In this document: positions 1 to 8,876 of the stretch, piece by piece
Numbering within the stretch: position 1 is the stretch's first letter
Layout of the letters: each line of letters starts with the position of its first letter
NCBI GenBank assembly: GCA_034005245.1
Contig: JAVEVC010000003.1
Span: 33,371-97,370 of the forward strand
DNA from: Bacteroidales bacterium
GTDB taxonomy: Bacteria; Bacteroidota; Bacteroidia; Bacteroidales; VadinHA17
Length of the DNA stretch: 64,000 bases
Reading direction: 5' to 3'
Notes under the pieces: model-generated
What the model was told of the DNA's origin: nothing
Database searches by the model: none
What the model saw: the letters and a program-made list of their open reading frames with translations, nothing else
Position numbers and translations under genes: made by a program

Positions 1-3000
1 TTAATGTTGTTTCCCTTCCGTCGGTTTCCCTGACATGGATAATAACAGATCCGTCAATGTCAGCCGGCCTTGCACTGATAAGGATTATATTCTCTGGCCA
101 TCCTTCAATGAATGATCCCCGGATCCTGTTATTACCAGTTCCTCCCCCGGGTATTATTCTGGTGAGAAAAGGCACTCTAGATCCCCATCCGAATTTCGTG
201 GCAAAACCATTTGTTATATCTGACGATGTTGTCAGATAATAAGTCCAGCTATGACCTCCGCGCTGTTCTGCATTAAAATTGGTGACCCAATAGTTATTCA
301 TGGGCCACGAGAATATGTGGGAACTTTGAGGCATTGCTCCTGCTTTATACCGGCCTGTATTTATCGCGCCAAACTGCATCAGGGGCATCTCGCTGCAACC
401 CATTACCAGTTGTGCGTCCTGATTTCTTAGGGAGGTAAAGTTCTGAACAGTGTACCAGTCATTTGACGAACCGGGTATCTGGTCCTTGCCTGTCTCAATT
501 ATCCCTCCCTGAACTTCTGTAAAATGCTTTGAATTGTCGAGTTTAAAAGGAAAAGCTATATAGATTCCCTCCGGATCGGTGATACTTTTCTTGTTGATTG
601 TACTTATTATTTCAACGCGTTTTTCAGTATTATAAAGCCTGAATTCGATCGTATATCCTTTGGGAGCAACTGCTGTTTCTGATTCTCCTGCAAATTTTAC
701 GCTATTGAATACCGGGCCACTTTCTGCTGATTCAAACCATACTTTGTCGAGAGGATGTCTTTGAAAATCATCCAGCTTCCTGTTTTCCATCTGACTTCTG
801 TTGCCCAGCTTTTCGTGAATAAATTCCAGCATCCCGTATTCCGAATCCTGATCCACAAAATTCAGTGAAAGTTCCTTGTCGATCCATGATTTAACCGTTC
901 CTTTCTGCATATTAAAAGCTATGCTGTACCATTTATTCTCCAGCATGCCGGGATCAGTTCCAACATTATTTGTTCTTTCTTCATTGAGTGCCCGTATCAG
1001 ATATTTCTTATAACCGAAAGCAGGAATCTTATCCAGCCAGACTGCCCAATAAGTACCATCAGCCCTGTGTGAAAGAGGCTGTACGGGAACACGAACGCCA
1101 TTCAATTCATATATCCCTGCAGTACTTTCGCGGGGCACTATCTGGTGGTCGATGTATATTGTTGCAAGCCCCGATCTGTCCCAGTTTAGTGTGTTGAAAA
1201 CCAGTAGAGAAGGATCTTTTTCCCTTCCAAACATGCTTTGAAGCAGGCCTAGCGCCTGTTCACCCAGAGAAGCAACGCGTCGATTTGCTTCCCATGCGTA
1301 ACTCTCCTTAAAGGCCCTTTGTTCCATTGTTGGCAGGCTGAAGGGCTCCCTTACGCTTTCCGAATAACCTGTTGTATGTTCTGTAAAAAAAATCAAAGCT
1401 TCATCAGCAAGATCTATCTTGGAAAACGTCTCATCAGGGAGTCTGATACCCGATATGGAAGCCATGGCGAAAGCTCCGGTATTTGCCATAAGCGATACAG
1501 ATGCTTTTCTAACTGTTCCCGTCTCTCGCGCCCCGGCACCAAAACCATCAGTCCACCAATCCGGCCAGGCTCCCCGTATTACAGGGAATTCCGCACCATG
1601 GTTGCGTTCCATTTTCTTAAAGAATGATTCAGCTGTGGATGTTGATATTTTAGGCCACTCAAAAGTCTCATTCCATTTCCTTATCATTTCACTTGCAATA
1701 GTTGAAGGAGGCGAATTATCGGTAAGATACCCGGAATGCTGGATGGCTATATCATTATATTCATAACCAAGGTTCTCAAGATTAGTCAGATAAGTTAACA
1801 GATTATAGCTGAAATTATCAATATCTCCCGACTGTATTTCAAACACGGTATTTCCAGTCATATAATGCTCAGCTCTGAAGGTAAGCATCCGGTTTCCGGA
1901 GGGGGATTCCCACCAGAACATTGTCGGCTTGTCGAAACAGATCAGAGCGCGATGGCCATGAGTTCCCATGTTAAGGTATTTGATCCCCAGCCGGGTGAAA
2001 TAATCATTAAGGCACCAGCCAATTCCATTTACATCATTCTGCATTGCAAGGCTGACTGGTATATCCTTTGCCTTTATTCTTCCCAGGGCATCAAGTGAAG
2101 CAGCAAGTATCTGTTCATCCGGAATTTCATCGAAGTTCAGATACATTCCGGCAATTTCAATCCTTCCCTCCCTGATCCTTTTCACCAACCTTTCAACCTG
2201 GGATGAAGGCCGGCTTTTCAGATATTCATCAACAGGCCATGAAACTTCACAAGTCCAACGGAACCGGGCATTTTCGGGATAGCTGTCGGTAGCATCACAG
2301 AAGTCCAGGGCATAGTCGATATATCTTATATGTTCAGCAAGTATTTCAGTCTGTGAGCGGGTGTATCCTATATCAGTATGAGAGTGTTGTATCAGATCAA
2401 CATTCCATTCTTTCACCGGATTCAACGCAAGGGTACTTGTTGTTGAGAAGTCCCCTGCGACTATCTTCAATCTGATTTTGGCGGGTCTGGCAACACGGGG
2501 CAACCCTATTTTTAAAGAATTATAGCCAAACTTCAGAAGCCTGGTTGCAACAGGTTTATTATCAGCATAAATTGACGCTCTGGTTTCTTTTCCAAAATAA
2601 AAAATATCTGCCTCAACAAGTTGCAGGGATCTGCCTTCGGATTTTATCACTGCAGGTAAAGGAATAATTTCTGCTCCAGTCCTTACCTGTTTTCTGAATG
2701 TCATGTACCAGGAGCTAAGATTTGAATTGCTCCCTGTTACCCTGATCATTAGGGGCTTGCCCGTACTTATTTTTTCTGAAGGTATTCTTAGGATCATATA
2801 GCCATGATGATCGCCGTTCTGATCAGTCATTACCGAGTTGAAGCTTAGCGAAGATCCGTCTGATCCGTCTGCCTGCCATGAAGGTTTCCCGTCAGTTGAG
2901 AAAACAAACCTCTGATCCTGATCAGTTGTGAGATCCATTCTTGCATTTCCCGGGCCAGATCCGATTGCTGCAATCCAGACGAAAGCAATATACTTACGGT

Positions 3001-3238
3001 TGGTCTTTACCTTAACAGGATCGGTATACCATTCCATGAAGTCATTGCCGTTTTCAGCCCTTACAAGCATGCAGTCGCGAAAACCGGGAATAAGAGAATG
3101 ATAAGTAAAATTCTGTCCGGCTATAGCAGATGCAAAACCATTTACCAACTCATCTTCATCGTTGAAAAAAGACTGAGCGAACGACCCACGCATGATCAAA
3201 ATATTAACCAGGATCAAAACGAGAAATTTCTTTATCAT
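1..3238 (-). CDS. Glycoside hydrolase family 38-like alpha-mannosidase, secreted; C-terminus cut by the window edge
   Basis: Uninterrupted minus-strand frame from ATG (3238-3236) to the window start; absent from the ORF track because it has no stop in the window. N-terminus MIKKFLVLILVNILIMRGSFAQ looks like a signal peptide. DLIQHSHTDIGYTRSQTEI (His285 codon at 2386-2384, in frame with the ATG) matches the GH38 HxHxD metal-binding motif. Confidence 0.75.
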   Translation of the reverse strand, partial: MIKKFLVLILVNILIMRGSFAQSFFNDEDELVNGFASAIAGQNFTYHSLIPGFRDCMLVRAENGNDFMEWYTDPVKVKTNRKYIAFVWIAAIGSGPGNARMDLTTDQDQRFVFSTDGKPSWQADGSDGSSLSFNSVMTDQNGDHHGYMILRIPSEKISTGKPLMIRVTGSNSNLSSWYMTFRKQVRTGAEIIPLPAVIKSEGRSLQLVEADIFYFGKETRASIYADNKPVATRLLKFGYNSLKIGLPRVARPAKIRLKIVAGDFSTTSTLALNPVKEWNVDLIQHSHTDIGYTRSQTEILAEHIRYIDYALDFCDATDSYPENARFRWTCEVSWPVDEYLKSRPSSQVERLVKRIREGRIEIAGMYLNFDEIPDEQILAASLDALGRIKAKDIPVSLAMQNDVNGIGWCLNDYFTRLGIKYLNMGTHGHRALICFDKPTMFWWESPSGNRMLTFRAEHYMTGNTVFEIQSGDIDNFSYNLLTYLTNLENLGYEYNDIAIQHSGYLTDNSPPSTIASEMIRKWNETFEWPKISTSTAESFFKKMERNHGAEFPVIRGAWPDWWTDGFGAGARETGTVRKASVSLMANTGAFAMASISGIRLPDETFSKIDLADEALIFFTEHTTGYSESVREPFSLPTMEQRAFKESYAWEANRRVASLGEQALGLLQSMFGREKDPSLLVFNTLNWDRSGLATIYIDHQIVPRESTAGIYELNGVRVPVQPLSHRADGTYWAVWLDKIPAFGYKKYLIRALNEERTNNVGTDPGMLENKWYSIAFNMQKGTVKSWIDKELSLNFVDQDSEYGMLEFIHEKLGNRSQMENRKLDDFQRHPLDKVWFESAESGPVFNSVKFAGESETAVAPKGYTIEFRLYNTEKRVEIISTINKKSITDPEGIYIAFPFKLDNSKHFTEVQGGIIETGKDQIPGSSNDWYTVQNFTSLRNQDAQLVMGCSEMPLMQFGAINTGRYKAGAMPQSSHIFSWPMNNYWVTNFNAEQRGGHSWTYYLTTSSDITNGFATKFGWGSRVPFLTRIIPGGGTGNNRIRGSFIEGWPENIILISARPADIDGSVIIHVRETDGRETTL

Positions 3239-3346
3239 TTTTTATTAAGTAAAAGTTTGACTTGAGAGAAAAACATGTAAAGGAATAGTAAGTCTGCCAG
3301 CTAATTTTTTCTTTTGACCGGTATCCTCAATTAAAAGGGGGAATGG

Positions 3347-3829
3347 TTACTTTGGAAATCTTCCGAAAAACCTTCTGAGAGCTGCGTGAAACTTATGGAT
3401 GCTGTGAGGCTTGTAATGCATGAGAATGCATTCTCCGGCTATATAATTGATATCCGTTCCCTCCAGCTCTTTTAGAGCTTCCCTGGAATCTGCCATTTGC
3501 TGTATCCATATATTCTTAATGCCTTTTTCCATGGCTTCCCTTATAACTCCGGCAGTCTGCTTCTTTGATGTCATAATAATAAGCCCCCTTACAGTGTCGG
3601 GCAGGCTCCTTACATCGTGGTAGACTTTTGATCCGCAAATTTCCTCAGCAAAAGGATTTACCGGGAGGATGTTCATCCCTTTTTCTTTCAGTTCTTTAAA
3701 AGCAGTATATCCGAATTTCTTTGTATTTCGGGATACTCCCGCCAGTGCAATCGGCTCTGATTTCAGGAATTCATTGATCTGATTTAGTGTTACCATGTTG
3801 GATAGGGTTAAATTCAGGATGTTAAGCAA
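3347..3829 (-). CDS. CoA-binding domain protein (YccU/YneT-like)
   Basis: ORF track 160 aa. IALAGVSRNTKKFGY...ILPVNP...VYHDVRSLP pattern is typical of small CoA-binding proteins. A more likely start is Met12 (ATG at 3796), giving MVTLNQINEFL. Confidence 0.6.
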   Translation of the reverse strand: MLNILNLTLSNMVTLNQINEFLKSEPIALAGVSRNTKKFGYTAFKELKEKGMNILPVNPFAEEICGSKVYHDVRSLPDTVRGLIIMTSKKQTAGVIREAMEKGIKNIWIQQMADSREALKELEGTDINYIAGECILMHYKPHSIHKFHAALRRFFGRFPK

Positions 3830-3941
3830 TAAAAGTAAGCATTTATACGAAATAAGTATAAAGACTTAAAATTAAAACAAAAAACAGCAACAAAAGATAA
3901 TTTTCATTTACTTGGTACTAAGGTTATTTTATTGAATAAAC

Positions 3942-5228
3942 ATGAAAAGTAATGTCAGCTCCGAAGGGTACCTTTTTTCAAAAAGGTATTCAAACTATGT
4001 TTTTGCCCTGCTTTTTCTCCTGTACATGTTCGATTATATAGACCGGATGGTAGTGACATCAATGTTCACATCCATAGAGCGCGACTGGGGCATAACCCAT
4101 ACCCAAAGCGGGATGCTGGTTTCGGCTGTTTACTGGGCCATAGTACTTCTGACATTTCCTGTTTCAATTCTTGTTGACCGGTGGAGCAGAACGAAGACTA
4201 TAGGCATAATGGCTATTTTATGGAGTCTGGCAACTGCATTGTGTGCCCTGACGGGCAATTTTGTCCAGCTTTTCATGGCTCGCCTGCTTATTGGTGTTGG
4301 TGAAGCAGGGTATGCACCCGGCGGCACTGCATTGATTTCAGGATTATATCCAATAGAAAAGAGGTCAAAAATGATGGGGCTCTGGAATGCATCCATCCCT
4401 CTGGGAACAGCGATTGGCGTTATGCTTGGAGGAATAATTGCAGCCAGGCTGGGCTGGAGGCATGCATTTGGCATCGTTGCGTTACCGGGCCTTATTGTTG
4501 CGATCCTTTTCCTTTTTGTAAAAGATTACAAAACAGTGGACCTTTCCTTTATTGACAAAAGGAATAACCGGATAAAGATGGAAAGAAAGGACATATTCAA
4601 GGAGTTTCTTTCAAGGCCTTCGGTGATTTTTACATATTTCGGGATCGCAGCCTCGGTTTTTGTCACTACTTCTCTTATAACATGGCTGCCCACCTATTTT
4701 CAGAATGTTGGGCACGTGAGCCAGGAAAAAGCCGGGACCATGGCAAGTGCAGTAATGGTAATGGCTCTTGTGGGTTCTCCCCTTGGCGGATACCTTACTG
4801 ACAGATGGCGCAGGAAAAAGGAAAATGCCAGGCTTCTCTTTCCTGCATTGTCGACAATTCTCACGGCTGTTCTTTTATTTGTTGCCCTTTATCTGTTAAA
4901 TGGTACTCTCCAGTATATTGTTCTTGTTTTAATGGGGATATCCGTGATGCTTTTTCTTTCAGGTGCAATAGCAGTTACACAGGATGTCATTCACCCCGGC
5001 CTCAGGGCAACATCCTATGCCATAGCCGTTGTGATCCAGAATCTTCTTGGATCCTCAACGGCTCCGATCGTCATGGGTAAAATATATGATCTGGCAGATA
5101 TCCAGACAGCCCTTTCAATCCTGCCCTTTGTTCTATTGATCGGATCTGCCCTGTTTTATATGGGATCAAGGTATTATGCCAAAGACATGACTAAAGTGGC
5201 CAAGATAAAGCTTGAAGCCCAGATATAG
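3942..5228 (+). CDS. MFS transporter
   Basis: 428 aa with about 12 predicted hydrophobic helices. The loop 2-3 motif LVDRWSRTKT resembles the MFS D-R-x-G-R-R/K signature. Confidence 0.75.
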   Translation: MKSNVSSEGYLFSKRYSNYVFALLFLLYMFDYIDRMVVTSMFTSIERDWGITHTQSGMLVSAVYWAIVLLTFPVSILVDRWSRTKTIGIMAILWSLATALCALTGNFVQLFMARLLIGVGEAGYAPGGTALISGLYPIEKRSKMMGLWNASIPLGTAIGVMLGGIIAARLGWRHAFGIVALPGLIVAILFLFVKDYKTVDLSFIDKRNNRIKMERKDIFKEFLSRPSVIFTYFGIAASVFVTTSLITWLPTYFQNVGHVSQEKAGTMASAVMVMALVGSPLGGYLTDRWRRKKENARLLFPALSTILTAVLLFVALYLLNGTLQYIVLVLMGISVMLFLSGAIAVTQDVIHPGLRATSYAIAVVIQNLLGSSTAPIVMGKIYDLADIQTALSILPFVLLIGSALFYMGSRYYAKDMTKVAKIKLEAQI

Positions 5229-5240
5229 AATGCACTGTTC

Positions 5241-6215
5241 CTATTTATTCCTGGATATCGTATAATAAACGAACTTTCTCAGAGACTCTTTCACATCAGA
5301 CTCAGGATAGGAATCAAGGATGGCAAGAGCCTTATCACGGTACTGATTCATTTTAAGCTCTGCATAGTCAAGGCCTCCTGACGAGTATACAAAATCAATC
5401 ACCTCCGCGATCTGTGCCTTTGTTTTCTTTTTGCTTCTGACTATTGAAAGAATATGTCTTTTATGCAATACCGGAGCAAGTTCAAGGGAGTGTATGAGGG
5501 GAAGAGTAATTTTTCTTTCCTTGATATCATTGCCTGCAATTTTACCTGTCAGTCCGTTTGATTCATAATCAAGTATATCGTCTCTTATCTGGAAAGCTAT
5601 TCCTGTATTTTCGCCAAACTCCTTCATTAGCTGTATTGTGTCCTGATCGTCTGTCACCGATCTGGCTCCGCATGCAGTGCAGGCAGCAATCAAAGCAGCT
5701 GTTTTACTGCTTATAATTTTAAAATAATCCTTTTCCCTTATATCGAGCTTCCTTGATTTCTGAAGCTGAAGTAATTCGCCCTCGGCCATCGATTTTACAG
5801 CCTCTGAAATGATCTCAAGCATGTCAATGCGATTCTTTTCAATGCTTATAAGAAGACCTTGCGACAGCATATAATCTCCAACCAGGACTGCAATTTTTGA
5901 ATTCCAGAGGGCATTTACTGAAAGAGCTCCCCGCCTCTCGCTGGCATCGTCCACGACATCGTCGTGAACAATAGAAGCGGTGTGAAGCAACTCAATAAAA
6001 GTAGCGGCTGTATAGGTGGGTTCCTTTATTTCCCCGTTGAGTTTTGCTGAAAGAAATACGAGCAACGGCCTCATCTGTTTACCCTTTCGCCTGAAGATAT
6101 AATTGAGAATGATCTTGAGAAGGGGGATTTCACTTTGCATGGTCTTTCCGAAATAAGCTTCAAACTGAGCCATTTCGTTTTTTACAGGCATTCTGATTTC
6201 AGAAAGATCGGCCAT
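5241..6215 (-). CDS. ispB: Polyprenyl diphosphate synthase (octaprenyl/IspB-like)
   Basis: 324 aa. First Asp-rich motif HDDVVDD and second DDILD, which are trans-prenyltransferase hallmarks. Confidence 0.8.
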   Translation of the reverse strand: MADLSEIRMPVKNEMAQFEAYFGKTMQSEIPLLKIILNYIFRRKGKQMRPLLVFLSAKLNGEIKEPTYTAATFIELLHTASIVHDDVVDDASERRGALSVNALWNSKIAVLVGDYMLSQGLLISIEKNRIDMLEIISEAVKSMAEGELLQLQKSRKLDIREKDYFKIISSKTAALIAACTACGARSVTDDQDTIQLMKEFGENTGIAFQIRDDILDYESNGLTGKIAGNDIKERKITLPLIHSLELAPVLHKRHILSIVRSKKKTKAQIAEVIDFVYSSGGLDYAELKMNQYRDKALAILDSYPESDVKESLRKFVYYTISRNK

Positions 6216-6226
6216 GGAAAATGATT

Positions 6227-6835
6227 TCAGTCAATATCTTTGAACATTTTTCTTTGAAACAGCAATATAACAAATACACCGCACGTAATTGCAGAATCCG
6301 CAATATTGAAGACAGGCCTGAAAAACACAAGTGATTCACCCGGACGGAAAGGGGACCAGTCGGGCCATTGAGTATCAATTACCGGGAAATAGAACATATC
6401 AACCACTCTTCCCTGGAGAAAGGATGAATAACCACCTCCCGGGGGGAAAAAAACGGCAGGCTGGCTGTAGCTTTCGCTGAAGATCATGCCATAAAAAGCG
6501 GAGTCTATTATATTACCTATTGCTCCGGCCATTATTGCGCTCACCGAAAGGATTAATCCCATCCCGGCCTTTTTACGTATAAGCGAGGCAAGGAACCATC
6601 CTATTGCAGTTATTGCAGCGATCCTGAACAAGCTTAGAATAAGCTTGCCAGTTTTGCCACCCATTTCCATTCCGAAAGCCATGCCATTGTTCTCAATAAA
6701 GTGCAGAAAAGCCCAATTACCGAAAAGACTTATCTCCTGTCCTATTACCATATTAGTTTTAACCCAGATTTTCAGCGCCTGGTCAATTAGGAGTATGATT
6801 ATGATAAACAAAACGGTTTTTTTTTCTGCAGACAT
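6227..6835 (-). CDS. lspA: Lipoprotein signal peptidase II
   Basis: 202 aa membrane protein with NNGMAFG, GAIGNIIDS, VVDMF and FNIADSAI motifs characteristic of LspA. Confidence 0.85.
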   Translation of the reverse strand: MSAEKKTVLFIIIILLIDQALKIWVKTNMVIGQEISLFGNWAFLHFIENNGMAFGMEMGGKTGKLILSLFRIAAITAIGWFLASLIRKKAGMGLILSVSAIMAGAIGNIIDSAFYGMIFSESYSQPAVFFPPGGGYSSFLQGRVVDMFYFPVIDTQWPDWSPFRPGESLVFFRPVFNIADSAITCGVFVILLFQRKMFKDID

Positions 6836-7057
6836 ATTCAGTGTGTTGGTTTACAGGGGCGCAAATTACTAAAAAAAGCAAGATAAATATTAATTGATCA
6901 TTCAAGGTTGTCCTGTGAACTGAAGTCCATGCCAGCAAGCTGCATGAAGTATCCGTTCCCGTTATTGAATTTCTTTATTTTCATCCGGGGAATCATAAAA
7001 GGATTCTTTAAAATGGGCCTGTGAAAAAGTAATCAGTCAGGATGGGGAATGGGAACA

Positions 7058-7882
7058 TTAAATATTTATGTGATTACCGTCCCAGGAGTACCATTCATAA
7101 TCGCCAAAATGATTGATGCATTGTACCCTGCCGTTACCTTCGGTCGTGCTCCATTCAATTTTTACATCATATATAGTCTGATAAGTTGTATTGAAAAAAT
7201 GAATGTTGAAATAAGCATTCAGGGTATTTGTTGTCAATCCATAATCAATATAGCTGTTGTTTAAGGGACTGCCTGTTTTGATATAGGTATATTTGATTTT
7301 GCTTATTGCATCTCCGCTTTTTGTCCAGTCTATTTTAAGAACCGGCACCTGGCTCTGGCTGCTTTCATTCAATGTCCAGCTACCGCTGTTCCCATCGAAT
7401 GTTGAGGTGCCTTCAAACCATACAAATTCACTGAAAGCTCCCGTGCCGTCCTTTGAAATATTCATTTTCCAGAGAACATCATTTGAACGTATCTGCCCGG
7501 TCAGCCTTGCATTATAAGTGGCAGTCGCCTGGTCAACTGTGATCGAAGCGCTGTATTTCCATTCCCACGTATTGTCGCCTGTGTATTCAGGGCTTCTGCC
7601 TTGTGCCAGCCTGAAAGCTTCCACAGGTATGGCCAGGGTTGTATTTACCAATGTTCTCCATATCAGGGTTGTTCCTGCAGCAAATTTCCAATTGGTGATC
7701 TGCTCTCCTTTCATCTGTGAATCCGGCACGTCTGATTTTGTATCGCTTATGAAATTTACGAAATCGATTTTCATGGTTGCAGCAGGGGGCAGGGCAGGAG
7801 GATCACCGTGATCTTTTTTGCAGCCCGTAAATTGAAGAAATAAGATAGATGTGATGATAAAAAGCGAAGCAATTCTTTTCAT
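7058..7882 (-). CDS. Hypothetical lipoprotein
   Basis: 274 aa. N-terminus MKRIASLFIITSILFLQFTGC has a signal peptide plus lipobox Cys. The rest is Ser/Thr/Asn/Trp-rich and beta-like. I recognise no motif. Confidence 0.6.
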   Translation of the reverse strand: MKRIASLFIITSILFLQFTGCKKDHGDPPALPPAATMKIDFVNFISDTKSDVPDSQMKGEQITNWKFAAGTTLIWRTLVNTTLAIPVEAFRLAQGRSPEYTGDNTWEWKYSASITVDQATATYNARLTGQIRSNDVLWKMNISKDGTGAFSEFVWFEGTSTFDGNSGSWTLNESSQSQVPVLKIDWTKSGDAISKIKYTYIKTGSPLNNSYIDYGLTTNTLNAYFNIHFFNTTYQTIYDVKIEWSTTEGNGRVQCINHFGDYEWYSWDGNHINI

Positions 7883-8017
7883 TTGTCTGTCTGTTAAGTA
7901 AATTACGATAAAGTTATGTTAAAAGTACAGATAATATATATTCACGGAAATTATTAATTTTCAAATTTCTCAAATAAGTTATTGAATTCATAAAACTTCC
8001 TGAAAATAATAAACAAT

Positions 8018-8025
8018 TAACTTTG
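8018..8025 (+). promoter_or_regulatory. Bacteroidota-type -7 promoter box (TAACTTTG)
   Basis: Exact match to TAnnTTTG, 43 nt upstream of the sod ATG at 8069. No -33 TTTG seen at the expected spacing. Confidence 0.4.
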
Positions 8026-8068
8026 AACATAATTCCTTCGTAGTTGTTTAACTCTAAAACCACAAATC

Positions 8069-8794
8069 ATGAAATTTATTAACATTATTAAAAAAGGGGG
8101 CCTTGGAATTTTTGCCATGATCTTTGCAATTAATTCATGTTCAGGAGCCTCGGGAAACTTAAAAAACACTACTATGAAAAATTTCGATATTCATGTATTT
8201 CCGGCTCTGCCATATGCATACAATGCACTTGAGCCATATATAGATGCCCAGACCATGGAGATACATTACGACAGACATCATCGGGCGTATTTCAATAATT
8301 TCATTTCTGCCATCAAGGACACAAAGTATGACAACAGCAGTATTGAGGAAATTTTCTCTAAGGTTTCTGAAGCCGGAGATGCAATCCGGAATAACGGGGG
8401 CGGATTTTTCAATCACGTTTTTTTCTGGGATAACCTGGCTGCAAAATCGGGCGAACCGTCAAAAGAACTGACAGAAGCAATCAACAAATCATTCGGATCG
8501 TTTGATAAGTTTAAGGAAGCTTTCAGCAATTCAGCCAAAACAAGGTTTGGAAGCGGATGGGCGTGGCTATATCTGACAACTGATAAAAAACTTGCAGTGG
8601 GCAGTACCCCGAACCAGGATAATCCATTAATGGATGTATCGCCTGTGAAAGGAATTCCGATTCTTGCAATTGATGTCTGGGAGCATGCCTATTATCTTAA
8701 ATACCAGAATAAGCGTGCCGACTATGTTGAAGCATTCTGGAATGTTGTTAACTGGGATGAAGTTAACCGCAGATACAAAGAAGCCATCAGATAA
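8069..8794 (+). CDS. sodA: Superoxide dismutase, Mn-type Fe/Mn family, with an N-terminal lipoprotein-like signal
   Basis: ALPYAYNALEPYID, HYDRHH, NHVFFW and DVWEHAYYLKYQNKRADY are SOD motifs. GGG before NH and NQDNP in the C-domain are Mn-type features. The 35-aa extension MKFINIIKKGGLGIFAMIFAINSC looks like a signal peptide plus lipobox. An alternative cytoplasmic start is ATG 8174. Confidence 0.85.
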   Translation: MKFINIIKKGGLGIFAMIFAINSCSGASGNLKNTTMKNFDIHVFPALPYAYNALEPYIDAQTMEIHYDRHHRAYFNNFISAIKDTKYDNSSIEEIFSKVSEAGDAIRNNGGGFFNHVFFWDNLAAKSGEPSKELTEAINKSFGSFDKFKEAFSNSAKTRFGSGWAWLYLTTDKKLAVGSTPNQDNPLMDVSPVKGIPILAIDVWEHAYYLKYQNKRADYVEAFWNVVNWDEVNRRYKEAIR

Positions 8795-8810
8795 CAGAGG
8801 AATTTATAAT

Positions 8811-8850
8811 GTGTAGGGCCGGAATGCATTCCGGCCCTACACTATTTTTA
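8811..8850. terminator. Bidirectional rho-independent terminator between convergent sod and the acyl-CoA ligase gene
   Basis: Perfect palindrome gtgtagggccggaat-gc-attccggccctacac (8811-8842), followed by a T-rich tail (tattttta). Confidence 0.7.
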
Positions 8851-8876
8851 CTATTCTGTCCCTGTAACAAATCTAA

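Noticed and set aside
57-2098. Several short plus-strand ORFs in the track (57-239, 988-1197, 1319-1766, 1865-2098)
   Set aside because: They lie antisense to one uninterrupted minus-strand frame of more than 1079 codons carrying a GH38 motif. Their translations are low-complexity or Cys/Arg-rich noise.
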